Positions 38,641-51,000 of a stretch of 64,000 nucleotides of DNA are shown in pieces. Source of the stretch: Macrostomum lignano (Eukaryota); contig NIVC01002837.1 in NCBI GenBank assembly GCA_002269645.1, positions 72,771-136,770 of the forward strand, given 5' to 3'. A program made the position numbers and the translations under genes. The notes under the pieces were generated by a model. The model was not told the DNA's origin, made no database searches, and saw only the letters and a program-made list of their open reading frames with translations. Each line of letters starts with the position of its first letter. Positions within the stretch are counted from its first letter, which is position 1.

Positions 38641-39124
38641 TCAATATAATTTGCGAACCCCCATTATTTTCTTGAATGCTCTTTAAAAAGAAAAATTGCA
38701 ATTTTCAGTAATACTTATCTGCAGTGTCAATATTTAGCGTTGAGAAGCAATTGACAGACAATTGACAGATTGGTAATCCCAGCTCGAGTAGGGACACAGC
38801 GCATTTCAACAATTATACTTAATTTTTGTTTTACTGAATAAAAATTCCTCTAAAATTCTGGAGACTCGTGAGAAGTGACCAGAATCCAATTCGCTAATGC
38901 ATGACTTGAATGCGATGATTTCTGGGTCTTGTTCGACTCTATTGTGAGTGAGAGGCCTCTTATGAGAATTGAATAGAGAGGCCTCCAATGCTTTTGCAAG
39001 TGTATTTTCTACTGAGTAAAACTTGCCTTTAAAAATGGCTGTGACAGGCCAATATTGCTTTTCATTTTTTCATTTTTTTCTATCCGAATAAACATGGGTA
39101 CCTCAGGCCTTTTGGGCTAAAAAT

Positions 39125-40115
39125 TTGATCAGGGGGCGCCAAGTTGATCAGGGGGCGCCAAGTTGATCACAGAAGCGCCAAGTTGATCAGAGAGGCGCCA
39201 AGTTGATCAGAGAGGCGCCAAGTTGATCAGAGAGGCGCCAAGTTGATCAGAGAGGCGCCAAGTTGATCAGAGAGGCGCCAAGTTGATCAGAGAGGCGCCA
39301 AGTTGATCAGAGAGGCGCCAAGTTGATCAGAGAGGCGCCAAGTTGATCAGGGGCGTCAAATTGATCAGGGGAGCGCGAAGTTAATCAGGGAGGGCGCCAA
39401 GTTGATCAGGGAGGGCGCCAAGTTGATCAGGGGGCGCCAAGTTGATCACAGAAGCGCCAAGTTGATCAGGGGACGCCAAGTTGATCAGGGGGCGCCAAGT
39501 TGATCAGGGGAGCGCGAAGTTGATCAGGGGCGTCAAGTTGATCAGGGGAGCGCGAAGTTAATCAGAGGGCGCCAAGTTGATCAGGGGGCGCCAAGTTGAT
39601 CAGGGGGCGCCAAGTTGATCAGGGGGCGCCAAGTTGATCACAGAAGCGCCAAGTTGATCAGAGAGGCGCCAAGTTGATCAGGGAGTGCGCTAAGTTGATC
39701 AGAGAGGCGCTAAGTTGATCAGGGGAGCGCGAAGTTGATCAGGGGCGTCAAATTGATCAGGGGAGCGCGAAGTTAATCAGAGGGCGCCAAGTTGATCAGG
39801 GGGCGCCAAGTTGATCAGGGGGCGCCAAGTTGATCACAGAAGCGCCAAGTTGATCAGGGAGGGCGCCAAGTTGATCAGGGAGGGCGCCAAGTTGATCAGG
39901 GAGGGCGCCAAGTTGATCAGAGAGGCGCTAAGTTGATCAGGAAGGGCGCCAAGTTGATCAGGGAGGGCGCCAAGTTGATCAGGGGGCGCCAAGTTGATCA
40001 GGAAGGGCGCCAAGTTGATCAGGGAGGGCGCCAAGTTGATCAGGGAGGGCGCCAAGTTGATCAGGGGGCGCCAAGTTGATCAGGAAGGGCGCCAAGTTGA
40101 TCAGGGAGGGCGCCA
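39125..40115. repeat. 19-21-bp GGCGCC-core minisatellite (GGCGCCAAGTTGATCAGAGAG)n
   Basis: Tandem units read directly. Confidence 0.97.
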
Positions 40116-42324
40116 AGTTGGGGAAGAAGGGCCCGAATAATGTCAGGCCGTCTCCCAAGAAAAGATGGCGAGTTTTATCAATCCAATCGAGCAGCCCTTC
40201 TCTGCAATGACTCTGCAATGAATATTCAGCAATAGGCGATATTGCAGCACTTGTCAAGCACTGTGACGAGATTACGCCAGTAAGCATTTCGTTCGAGTTG
40301 CAACCAGAGAGCTTCCAATTTCGATTTTGCCACCACTGGGTCGATCAGGGGAACAAGAGGATGAGAGAAGTAACCAGAGATATGACCGAGAGTGAAGACT
40401 TCAATGCAAGGGATACGCTGGGGCAGCTCTCGTGTTTGCTTTAAGTCGCCTTGCAGGCCATCAATATTGAGGCCTTGGGCGGGGGAGAAGGCTTTAATGG
40501 TGTCAGCGTTTGTGGGACAGGAAATACTTCGCCTCAAGCCTGTCTGTCGCGGCAAAGTAGGGATGGCTTAAACGATTTATGATGCAGCACTTGAACCGAT
40601 GCGGGATCAGTTTCGATTCTGGGAAAGCTGGGAAACTTCGTCTCCCCCCCTAGAAGAATATCCCTTGCAGTGTCTCCTCAGTTGACTTGTGCCCCTGTCA
40701 AGCGACTGGTTCGCCAAGAATGAATAAGGAGCTTTAGAGTTCCCCTTCTAGTATGAGGCGTTGTCAGTCAGTAAACGAAATAAAGTCCAACAGGGTTTTA
40801 TTGCGAGTCGAAAAAAAATCAGCCGACAGCTCCTGAGTCCCTCATCGCATTCGCCGCTGCCCTCGCGCTTTCAATTTCTCTGATCGGGCTTGAGCCGATC
40901 GACAGGTCACCGCTGGGCCCCGGAGAGCCCGGCTGAAATGCCGGACAAATTGGGGGGTCGGTGAGCAGGAAGAAGCCAGAGTGGTGATGAGGCGGCTGAG
41001 CTCTGGGAAGAGAGAATAGGGGATACAAGTAAGGCGGAGCGAGCGGCAAATGGAGGAGGCATGAAATGATGAGGAAAGCGAGTCCAGTTGCCGGTCAGAA
41101 TTGGATAGAAGCGTGGGGGGCTCGTGCGGCTGGCGTCGGCAGGGGAAATTCTGGGTCGGGAGGTCTCAGCAGGGGGCGGGAAGGCGCTCGCAGGTCGCTA
41201 GGGGGGGGGGGGGGGGTAGCGAGAGCAGCGCGGCGGGAGGCCACCACCACTTTAATTTCATCCTATTGTGGCCAATTTAATTAATTTTCCCCGGGCACTT
41301 CTCCCTTGGCTACACATGCCCGACTTGGTCCTCGCGAGATGTCTGGGTTAAACTCCTCTCATCCGCCAAGACTTGGGCCGACATTAGAGAGCCTAGAGAT
41401 CTCTCACGAACTGTCCCTTGGCCCTCCGCTCGGGAAGCAGACTGTCTGACGCCGCTGGCGCATCCTGAGAATTCGGCTGCACTGAGCAGTTTCCAAGCTG
41501 GATGCTCAGGGGTCACCAGTTGCTCCCCAAGCTGTGCTGTCTGTCGTAGCTGGTTAAGTAGAGTGGCCCCGCCAACTCGTGTCCCATGAGAACTGGGCCG
41601 CTCTCTCTCTGGCTGATTGAATGAAAGATTTAGCCGAAGTGTTTGAGCAAAATAAAGTTTTTGAAACTAAAGGCCGGATGAATAAAGTGAGCAATTGCTC
41701 ACGAGTAACTGTTCCTGCTCTGAGTCAAACCATAACTTCTAGCAGATAGCCATTGTACGAGCGTAGATCCGAAATACAATGTCCAAACCCATTTTGAGAA
41801 AAAACTGTAGGTGAGCAAGAGTACCTACAAGACCCCAATAAGTTTTGCTCAGGTCTACATGTACACTGCACAAATCCTGGTTTCTAATTTAATTTTCATC
41901 CAGCATTGTTAGGATCTCGGGACGCATTGTCGTTGAACACGGACCTGGCCTTGCTAAATAATGCAGACGAGTACGCAGGTCTGGATGTCGGCAGTCTAAT
42001 AAATTATCAGGCGGTTCCCAAGACTGCGCTGCGCTATGCAAGCAGGCTGGGGTGCACCTCCTTCACAGCCATGATGGCCAAACCGTTTCGGTAATGTATT
42101 TCAAGTAGAATTGAAGATCTTACAGTCGGCAGTACTTAGGCCCGTTCTGGCAGACACTGGCTTCGTTTCGTCTCTTACTGCCCATCACTTTGCGATTTTC
42201 AGTCACGCAAGCAGATATAAACACACAGACCCTCTGCTTCACTTGTCATTTGTTATTGACCTGAGACAGGTATGCTGTAAAAAGCTTCTTTTTCTGACAA
42301 TAATCCTTCTGTGACGGTAGTCTA

Positions 42325-42842
42325 TGCGCAGTCGTGGATTGACCATAGACAGCACTGGTGTTGTGTCTGTGCGGAGCTGTGGATTGACCATAGACAGCAC
42401 TGGTGTTGTGTCTGTGCGGAGCTGTGGATTGACCATAGACAGCACTGGTGTTGTGTCTGTGCGGAGCTGTGGATGGACCATAGACAGCACTGGTGTTGTG
42501 TCTGTGCGGAGCTGTGGATTGACCATAGACAGCACTGGTTGTGTCTGTGCGGAGCTGTGGATGGACCATAGACAGCACTGGTTGTGTCTGTGCGGAGCTG
42601 TGGATGGACCATAGACAGCACTGGTTGTGTCTGTGCGGAGCTGTGGATTGACCATAGACAGCACTGGTTGTGTCTGTGCGGAGCTGTGGATGGACCATAG
42701 ACAGCACTGGTTGTGTCTGTGCGGAGCTGTGGATGGACCATAGACAGCACTGGTTGTGTCTGTGCGGAGTTGTGGATGGACCATAGACAGCACTGGTTGT
42801 GTCTGTGCGGAGCTGTGGATGGACCATAGACAGCACTGGTTG
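42325..42842. repeat. 43/45-bp minisatellite (GACCATAGACAGCACTGGTGTTGTGTCTGTGCGGAGCTGTGGATT)n
   Basis: About 12 units; the 45-bp form is on the left and the 43-bp form on the right. Confidence 0.96.
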
Positions 42843-43173
42843 TGGTTATAGTTCAGCAATTTTCTATAAATTCACTAAAAAGCTTATTAAATTCGCAAAA
42901 GTACAAAGACAACACAACCCTCATCAATTTTTTCGTGTTTTTTCCAACACCCCCTCCCTGTCCTCAAACTTCATCCTTAATAAACTACCTTATGCGATTC
43001 GAATTGTATTCTGCTGGGCCAAGGGATATGGAACCTCGGATGCGGAGATGCCGACAGGATAATTAATTAGTCCATTTCGGACTGGGCAGGTGCAAAACGG
43101 TGGAGCAGGTGCAAAACGGTGATAATCATAATTAGGAAAATATTCAAGTCCCACTGCTTCTCGTTTCTTTCCT

Positions 43174-43174
<1 letters not shown>

Positions 43175-43238
<64 letters not shown>
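43175..43238. repeat. (CT)n microsatellite
   Basis: About 32 dinucleotide units. Confidence 0.97.
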
Positions 43239-43245
<7 letters not shown>

Positions 43246-43249
43246 TCAC

Positions 43250-43676
43250 TCATCAATAATCCCCAAGGCGAGCCGTTTTTTGAGTTCGAATGTAAGCGGA
43301 GAGCGCGTGCAGGAGAAAGAACTCAAGATGGGAACAAAGGAGCGATGGGATGTTTTGAGTGACGCAGCCTTTGGGGGATTTGAGATTCGCGTGTAACAAA
43401 TATCTGTCTTGGCAAAGGAAGGCCTGAGTTGGGAAAGCGGAATTGAGAAGGCCGGAGGCGGATCAATGAGATTCTCTTTGATGATGTTGGACTCAAGGGA
43501 GGCTGGGCTCACTCACCGTCGACTCAGTATTTTATTCCTCATAAAAAGCGAGAGGATGGGGATCAGTTCAGATGGGAACCGGGATTGGGATGCGGTGTGG
43601 CGTACCGACAATGCCCGGCATCGGTGATCAAACAAAGGAGTGTAGAATTTGTACTGAAAAACATCAGCCAGGAGAG
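43250..43676 (-). CDS. two putative exons (43517-43676, 43250-43423) of an unidentified gene
   Basis: Strong polypyrimidine acceptors and GTGAG donors with compatible phases (1 to 2, then 2 to 2). No recognisable homology. Confidence 0.3.
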
Positions 43677-43774
43677 CTGGGATGAAGAGAGAGACAAATG
43701 GGAGGGTTAATTGCAGGTAAATACGCATCATTTTAAGTAGCGTTGAGGGCGTTTATTGTCAGGTATAGATCGCT

Positions 43775-44385
43775 ATAGTGTGTTTATAAGGCGCTCTAGT
43801 GTGTTTATAAGGCGCTCTAGTGTGTTTATAAGGCGCTCTAGTGTGTCTATATTGCACTCTAGTGTGTCTATATTGCACTCTAGTGTGTTTATAAGGCGCT
43901 CTAGTGTGTCTATATTGCACTCTAGTGTGTCGATATTGCGCTCTAGTGTGTCTATATTGCACTCTAGTGTGTCTATATTGCGCTCTAGTGTGTCTATATT
44001 GCACTCTAGTGTGTCTATATTGCGCTCTAGTGTGTCTATATTGCACTCTAGTGTGTCTATATTGCACTCTAGTGTGTCTATATTGCACTCTAGTGTGTCT
44101 ATATTGCACTCTAGTGTGTCTATATTGCACTCTAGTGTGTCTATATTGCGCTCTAGTGTGTCTATATTGCACTCTAGTGTGTCTATATTGCACTCTAGTG
44201 TGTCTATATTGCACTCTAGTGTGTCTATATTGCACTCTAGTGTGTCTATATTGCACTCTAGTGTGTCTATATTGCACTCAAGTGTGTCTATATTGCGCTC
44301 TAGTGTGTCTATATTGCACTCTAGTGTGTCTATATTGCACTCTAGTGTGTCTATATTGCACTCTAGTGTGTCTATATTGCGCCTA
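43775..44385. repeat. 21-bp minisatellite (CTCTAGTGTGTCTATATTGCA)n
   Basis: About 29 units. Confidence 0.97.
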
Positions 44386-44459
44386 AGGCCAAACGTGTCT
44401 TTGTGGCAAATGTTTTTTGACATTAAATGAGTCTTCGTGGTGCCGAGTGTGTCTTTCTG

Positions 44460-45355
44460 AAACCAAATGTGTCTATTTCACACCGAATGTGTCCATTTAG
44501 CACCGAATGTGTCCATTTAGCACCGAATGTGTCTATTTGGCACCGAATGTGTCTATTTGGCACCGAATGTGTCTATTTAGCACCGAATGTGTCTATTTGA
44601 CACCGAATGTGTCTATTTGGCACCGAATGTGTCTATTAGGCACCGAATGTGTCTATTTAGCACCGAATGTGTCTATTTGGCACCGAATGTGTCTATTTGG
44701 CACCGAATGTGTCTATTTGGCACCGAATGTGTCTATTTAGCACCGAATGTGTCTATTTAGCATCGAATGTGTCTATTTGGCACCGAATGTGTCTATTTGG
44801 CACCGAATGTGTCTATTTAGCACCGAATGTGTCTATTTGACACCGAATGTGTCTATTTGGCACCGAATGTGTCTATTTAGCACCGAATGTGTCTATTTGG
44901 CACCGAATGTGTCTATTTAGCACCGAATGTGTCTGTTTGGCACTGAATGTGTCTATTTGGCACCGAATGTGTCCATTTAGCATCGAATGTGTCTATTTAG
45001 CATCGAATGTGTCTATTTGGCACCGAATGTGTCTATTTAGCACCGAATGTGTCTGTTTGGCACTGAATGTGTCTGTTTGGCACTGAATATGTCTATTTAG
45101 CATCGAATGTGTCTATTTGGCACCGAATGTGTCTATTTGGCACCGAATGTGTCTATTTAGCACCGAATGTGTCTATTTAGCACCGAATGTGTCTATTTAG
45201 CACCGAATGTGTCTGTTTGGCACTGAATATGTCTATTTGGCACCGAATGTGTCTATTTGGCACTGAATATGTCTATTTGGCACCGAATGTGTCTATTATT
45301 TCACACCGAATGTGTCTATTTGGCACCGAATGTGTCTGTTTGGCACTGAATGTGT
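44460..45355. repeat. 20-bp minisatellite (CACCGAATGTGTCTATTTGG)n
   Basis: About 44 units. Confidence 0.97.
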
Positions 45356-45764
45356 CTCTACAGCACCCTATAAAATGTCTTAATACCACTAAAATGTGTC
45401 TGCACGAGCGGATACGGCGCCCAAAATGTGATGACTCTCCAGCATCAGCTACCAGCAGCGCTCAGCATGGACTCTCGGTCCTGGCAAAAGGATTAAAACG
45501 TAGGGGATCGATCCGTGTTGGGGGTCGATTTCCAATTAGGCCAAGTCCCAGAGATAAAAGAAATACATTTTGGAGCCTTCTTTGAGCAAAGAGTAATCAA
45601 TTTTTGGGGAAGATCAACTGACTGGATTAGAATTGAGGATTAGTGAAGCTGAGGCTCCGGGCGGCACATCATTCGATAGGCTGATGCTGATGGAGACTTT
45701 TGATGGAGAGCGTAGTTGCAATTTTCATCCGAATTTGCGTAATTGCCATGTATACCCATTGCCA

Positions 45765-46040
45765 TGCATGAGACTGCGCCCATAGAGCATGAGACTGCGC
45801 CCATAGAGCATGAGACTGCGCCCATAGAGCATGAGACTGCGCCGATAGAGCATGAGACTGCGCCCATAGAGTATGAGACTGTATCCATAGAGTATGAGAC
45901 TGTACCCATAGAGTATGAGACTGTACCCATAGATCAGTATGAGACTGCACCCATAGAGTATGAGACTGTACCCATAGAGTATGAGGCTGTAACCATAGAG
46001 TATGAGGCTGCACCCATAGAGTATGAGACTGCACCCATAG
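45765..46040. repeat. 21-bp minisatellite (CATGAGACTGCGCCCATAGAG)n
   Basis: About 13 units, followed by a degenerate ATACCCA-rich tract to ~46180. Confidence 0.93.
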
Positions 46041-46500
46041 AACAACAAGAGATTAAATCCAAGAGAGAATACCTAAGAGATGATACCCAATAGATAATAC
46101 CTAAGGGACAGTACCCAAGAGACGATACACAAGAGAGAATACCCAAGAAATAATTCTCAATTAAGAGACTGTTACCCATCAAAAGCTTTCTTCAAGGAAA
46201 TGAACTAAAAAGATACCTTAGAGGTGCTGGATCAGACACTGTAGCCTTCAAAAAAGTTACCCACCAGAAAATACCCATCGATGGTACTCCCAATGGAAGG
46301 TACACGCATAAGATGAAAGACTCGAACAACAAGTACAGAATTTATATTAAAATTTCTTCAATAGTCGCATGTGTTTCTTTATTAATAGCAATTACAATAA
46401 TTATCGAAACGTCACACTGCACCCCTCAGCTGATATCACATGTTCTCCATCAAAGTCAGTTCAGAAATGAGCAGCTGGATGAGGAGATCGGCTTCATCAC

Positions 46501-46908
46501 CCTCCGCATCGGGTAGGGCTTGCCATACCGGGTCTCCCTGGGCTGCGGCATCTGCCCGGAGTGCCTGCGGCGCCACTGCTCCGACGCCATCTTGAGCAGC
46601 CGGGCGCGTTCAACCGGGTCCAGTGAGGACACCTTCTTCTGCGCCTCGATTACGTACTCGGCGTCGGAGATCATCGAGCTGAGGTCCGAGCCGGCGGCTG
46701 AGTCAGCGCCGCTCTTCGGGCGCCGGTGTTCCGGCAGCTGGCTGAGCAGCAGGTCGTATAGCTGCAGCATCTCCCGCTTGCTGCTGATGAAGCTGTAGCT
46801 GGCGGGCAGGCAGCAGGGGAACCTGCCGCAGGGGGAGCCGTCGGAGCCAGCAAACTGGCAGCTGGGAGCCGGCTGCGGCTGCTGCTTCTGCTGTTGCTGT
46901 TGCTGCTT
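46501..46908 (-). CDS. internal exon of an uncharacterised protein (Gln-rich start, predicted helical)
   Basis: CTCTCCTTCCAG acceptor and strongly GC3-biased codons. Encodes KQQQQ...KREMLQLYDLLLSQLPEH...LDPVERARLLKMASEQWRRR. Donor at 46500 (GTGATG) or 46528 (GTATGG). Confidence 0.7.
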
Positions 46909-46939
46909 CTGGAAGGAGAGGAGCATGGCCAGTTAAAGA

Positions 46940-47625
46940 CACTGTGGCGCCCGATTTTAGAGAGTGGCGCCAAAGTTTAGACACTTGCGCCTAATTTGCG
47001 ACAGTGGCGCCCGATTTTAGACAGTGGCGCCCAATTTTAGACTCTGGAACCCAATTTTAGACTCTGTGGCGCCCAATTTTAGACTCTGGCGCCCAATTTT
47101 AGACTCTGGCACCCAATTTTAGACTCAGTGGCGCCCAATTTTAGACTCTGTGGCGCCCAATTTTAGACTCTGTGGCGCCCAATTTTAGACTCTGTGGCGC
47201 CCAATTTTAGACTCTGTGGCGCCCAACTTTAGACTCTGTGGCGCCCAACTTTAGACTCTGGAACCCAATTTTAGACTCTGTGGCGCCCAATTTTAGACTC
47301 TGGCGCCCAATTTTAGACTCTGGCGCCCAATTTTAGACTCTGGAACCCAATTTTAGACTCTGGCGCCCAATTTTAGACTATGGCGCCCAATTTTAGACTC
47401 TGGAACCCAATTTTAGACTCTGGCGCCCAATTCTAGACTCTGGAACCCAATTTTAGACTCTGTGGCGCCCAATTTTAGACTCTGTGGCGCCCAATTTTAG
47501 ACTCTGGCGCCCAATTTTAGACTCTGGCGCCCAATTTTAGACTCTGGCGCCCAATTTTAGACTCTGTGGCGCCCAATTTTAGACTCTGGGGCGCCCAATT
47601 TTAGACTCTGTGGCGCCCAATTTTA
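46940..47625. repeat. 20-22-bp GGCGCC-core minisatellite (TGGCGCCCAATTTTAGACTC)n
   Basis: About 32 units. Confidence 0.96.
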
Positions 47626-47888
47626 GGCTATCAAATTATGATTTGTTTTTCATGCAAATTTTATGACCTTTGCTGCCAGGACGAGCTCAAACTCTCGGGG
47701 CTCCTCTTGGAGTTTTTTCCCATCGAAACCAAAATAGCCAATTGGATTTTTCCCAATAACAGTTTGTCAAGCAGCCACTGCCGTCAGAGCCCTGGGACCA
47801 CTTGATCCCAGCGAGGGTTGCAGTGGAGGTTTTGATTACGTAATACTGGCTGCATTTTTATGAGCCATGAATTCATTCACATCTGAGA

Positions 47889-48071
47889 CTTTGGCGAGTG
47901 GATCTCTAGCAAATCTAAAAATAATTTCTTATATATCTAACAACGGTGTCTAACAGATCTAACAACTGTGTCTAACAGATCGAACAACGTTGTCTAACAG
48001 ATCGAACAACGTTGTCTAACAGATCTAACAACTGTGTCTAACAGATCTAACAACTGTGTCTAACAGATCTA
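47889..48071. repeat. left copy of the long duplication flanking the retrotransposon (52 bp unique + 6 units of the 22-bp minisatellite)
   Basis: Same sequence as 52347 onward, except for one extra CAACGTTGTC-type unit. Confidence 0.9.
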
Positions 48072-51000
48072 TGCCCGGTAAGGCAGTTCGCGCTGCTGAA
48101 ACCGGAAATCGCAATCGCAGACCCGCCAGGAGCACCCGGAGGTCCGGCCTGATCCAGCGCGCGCTGGACCAGGCCAAGAACCTTCGTGCGCATCGTGAGC
48201 GGGCCCGCGCTTCTCGCGCTCCACCCCAACAGCCAGAAGGCCAGACTCTAAGCGGGGAGGCTCCGACCGACTGGTTCGAGTCTGTGACTCACCAGGAGGC
48301 TGGCGCCACCCGCATCGACCTGACCGACGAGGCAGAGGGGACGGGCAGTGATAGCACCGAAGCACGCAGGGGAGGCGACGGTAACGTCCACGCTGGGCTC
48401 ACGTCCGCGGAGGACTCCACAGCCACCCTAACTGCTGAGGACGCTGAAACTCCCATGGAGGTCTGCGGGTCACCCACCACTGAAAAGGAGGAGGATGACC
48501 TGCTCAACGATTCCCCAACTGCGTGATAATGATCAGCAACCAGGGAATCCATTGCCTGCAGATTAATCTGCAGCACTGCGTCGCAGCATCGGTCAACCTT
48601 ATGCGTTACGCCGAGCTCGACAAGCCGGGGCTCATCCTCGTCCAGGAACCCTGGACTCTCAGAGGTAAGCCTCAAAACGCCCCTGCTGGCTACAATTGTT
48701 TTTATACTTACCCTCGCGAGGCCAACCAGCCTCCCAGAGCTTGCATCTTTGCGAGCAAAACGCTCAGTGCGTGGCTCAGATCGGACCTGTCCAACAGGGA
48801 CATCTGCGTCATCCAATCCGAGGACCTTCTTCCTGGGAAGACCACCCTCATTGCCTCGGTTTACCTACCAGGCGATGCTGCGGTCGTCCCCAGAGCCCTC
48901 GCTACGCTGGTAGAGCTCTGCTCTGCCAAAAACTACGAGCTCATGGTTGCCGGCGACATCAACGCCCACCACACTCACTGGGGCAGCACTGGCATTAATC
49001 AGAGAGGCGAAGACCTCCTAGCCTACGTTGCCTCTACGACCCTCGAGTTCTGCAACTCTGGGTCCACCCCTACCTTTGACAACGGACGGTGGTCGGAGGT
49101 GATCGACGCTACGCTCGCAACGCCCAGACTCTACCAGAGTATTGGGGCGTGGCGGGTGCTTCCAGTGTCCTCACTCTCGGATCACAAGTTCATCTCCTTC
49201 AACCTAATGGCCGCGCGTAGCGCAACTCGTGTTACGTGGAGACGGAACGCCAGAAATACTGATTGGGAAACCTTCGGGCTCGCCCTGAATTAATTCCATC
49301 GGTCTCCTGGCCAACCATCCACGATCACGTCGGGCCGAGAGGCGGATGAGTGCGCGACTGTTTTGAAAGAGACGCTAACCGCCGCCTTTGAGGCGTCCTG
49401 CCCTTTAAAAGCCTATAAAGGGAAAAAATCGGCGCCGTGGTGGAATCCCGAGCTCGGCAACCTCCGTCGCAGGGCTAAGAGACTCCACCGCAGAGCAACT
49501 AAAACTAAGAGCCCAGCGGACCAAACCGCCTATCATGAAGCAATCATGAGTTTAAAAGGCAGGTTAGGAATGCAAAGGCTCAAAAATGGCGACAATACTG
49601 TGAGGAGCTAGAGGGCTCACGCCCCACCTCCAGAGTTGTGAAAGCGCTCACGCTGGACAAAATGTCTAAGCTCTCCTCGGTCAAACGCACCGACGGTACG
49701 TCCACGGACAACCCAGGGGAAACGCTTGATGTAATGCTCACTGCGTTTTTCCCCAACGAGCCAGCTAACCAGACCACTCCGGATCACTCGGAGGGAGGTC
49801 ACGCGCTGGCTGCCTCTATCATCACGGAGGACCGCATCGTGAGAGCGGCAAATTCCTTCAAGCCTTTCAAAGCCCCAGGACCCGACGGCATTGTACCGGC
49901 CCTCCTAAGAGAGGCGGTTGAATGCCCAGGCTTCCTGCGCAAACTTTGCAGCCTTCTTCGGGCATGCATCACGCTTGGTTATGTCCCACAGGCATGGACC
50001 GAGGCAAAGGTGATCTTAATCCCTAAGCCAGGCCGCCCGGACTACCATTCTATCAAATCCTTCAGACCGATCAGCTTGACCTCCTCCCTGGTCAAGCTGA
50101 TGGAGAGACTGGTGCTTTGGCGCCTTCTCTCTGTTGAGCTGAAGAACAAACCTCTCAGCGAGAACCAGCACGCTTTTCGGGCGGGTCGCTCCACTGAAAG
50201 CGCGCTGCACGTCCTGGTCGATAAACTCGAGAAGGCCGTGCTTGGTAATGGCTTTGCTCTGGGGATCTTCCTGGACATCATTGGCGCCTTCGATAACGTC
50301 CTTTTTGAGGCGTTCCGAAGAGCTCTTTGTGAGAGGCAAACGCACTCACATCTCACCAGATGGATCATGTACATGATCAGCCATCGCACGGCCACCGCCA
50401 GTCTGCTGGGCTACCAGAGGACGGTCCCCGTCTGCAAAGGTAGCCCGCAAGGTGGGGTGCTGTCTCCAGTTCTCTGGAATATGGTCATCGATGAGCTCCT
50501 CCGGGATGTTCGGCCTGACCCCATTCTGAAAGTTGGATATGCGGACGATGTCACCGCGGTGGCATCTGGTCCGTCCCCTGATACCCTCAGGGACCTTCTT
50601 CAGAACTTTATCTACGCCGCTGAGCAATGGGCGGACCGCTGTGGTTTAAGGCTCTCTGAGACTAAGACCGCAGCGATCATGTTCACCAGCAGGACCAAGT
50701 GGCGGATTCGGCCGCTCACGCTTTACGGAAGGGAAATCCCCTTCTGCAAGTAGACTAAATGTCTGGGTATTACCCTGGACCACAGGCTGAACTGGTCACC
50801 CCACGTTCAAACAAAAGCCAAAAAGGCCTTCGCAGTCCTCGCGCAATTGCGCAGGGCTGTCGGCACCACCTGGGGGCTCACCCCCAAGCGCCTCTGGTGG
50901 ATCTACACTGCAATGGTTAGGCCCGCTATCTCGTATGGCGGCCTGATCTGGGCTAGCGCCCTGCAGATAAAGACCTGTCTAGAGGCTCTCAGGAGAGCGC

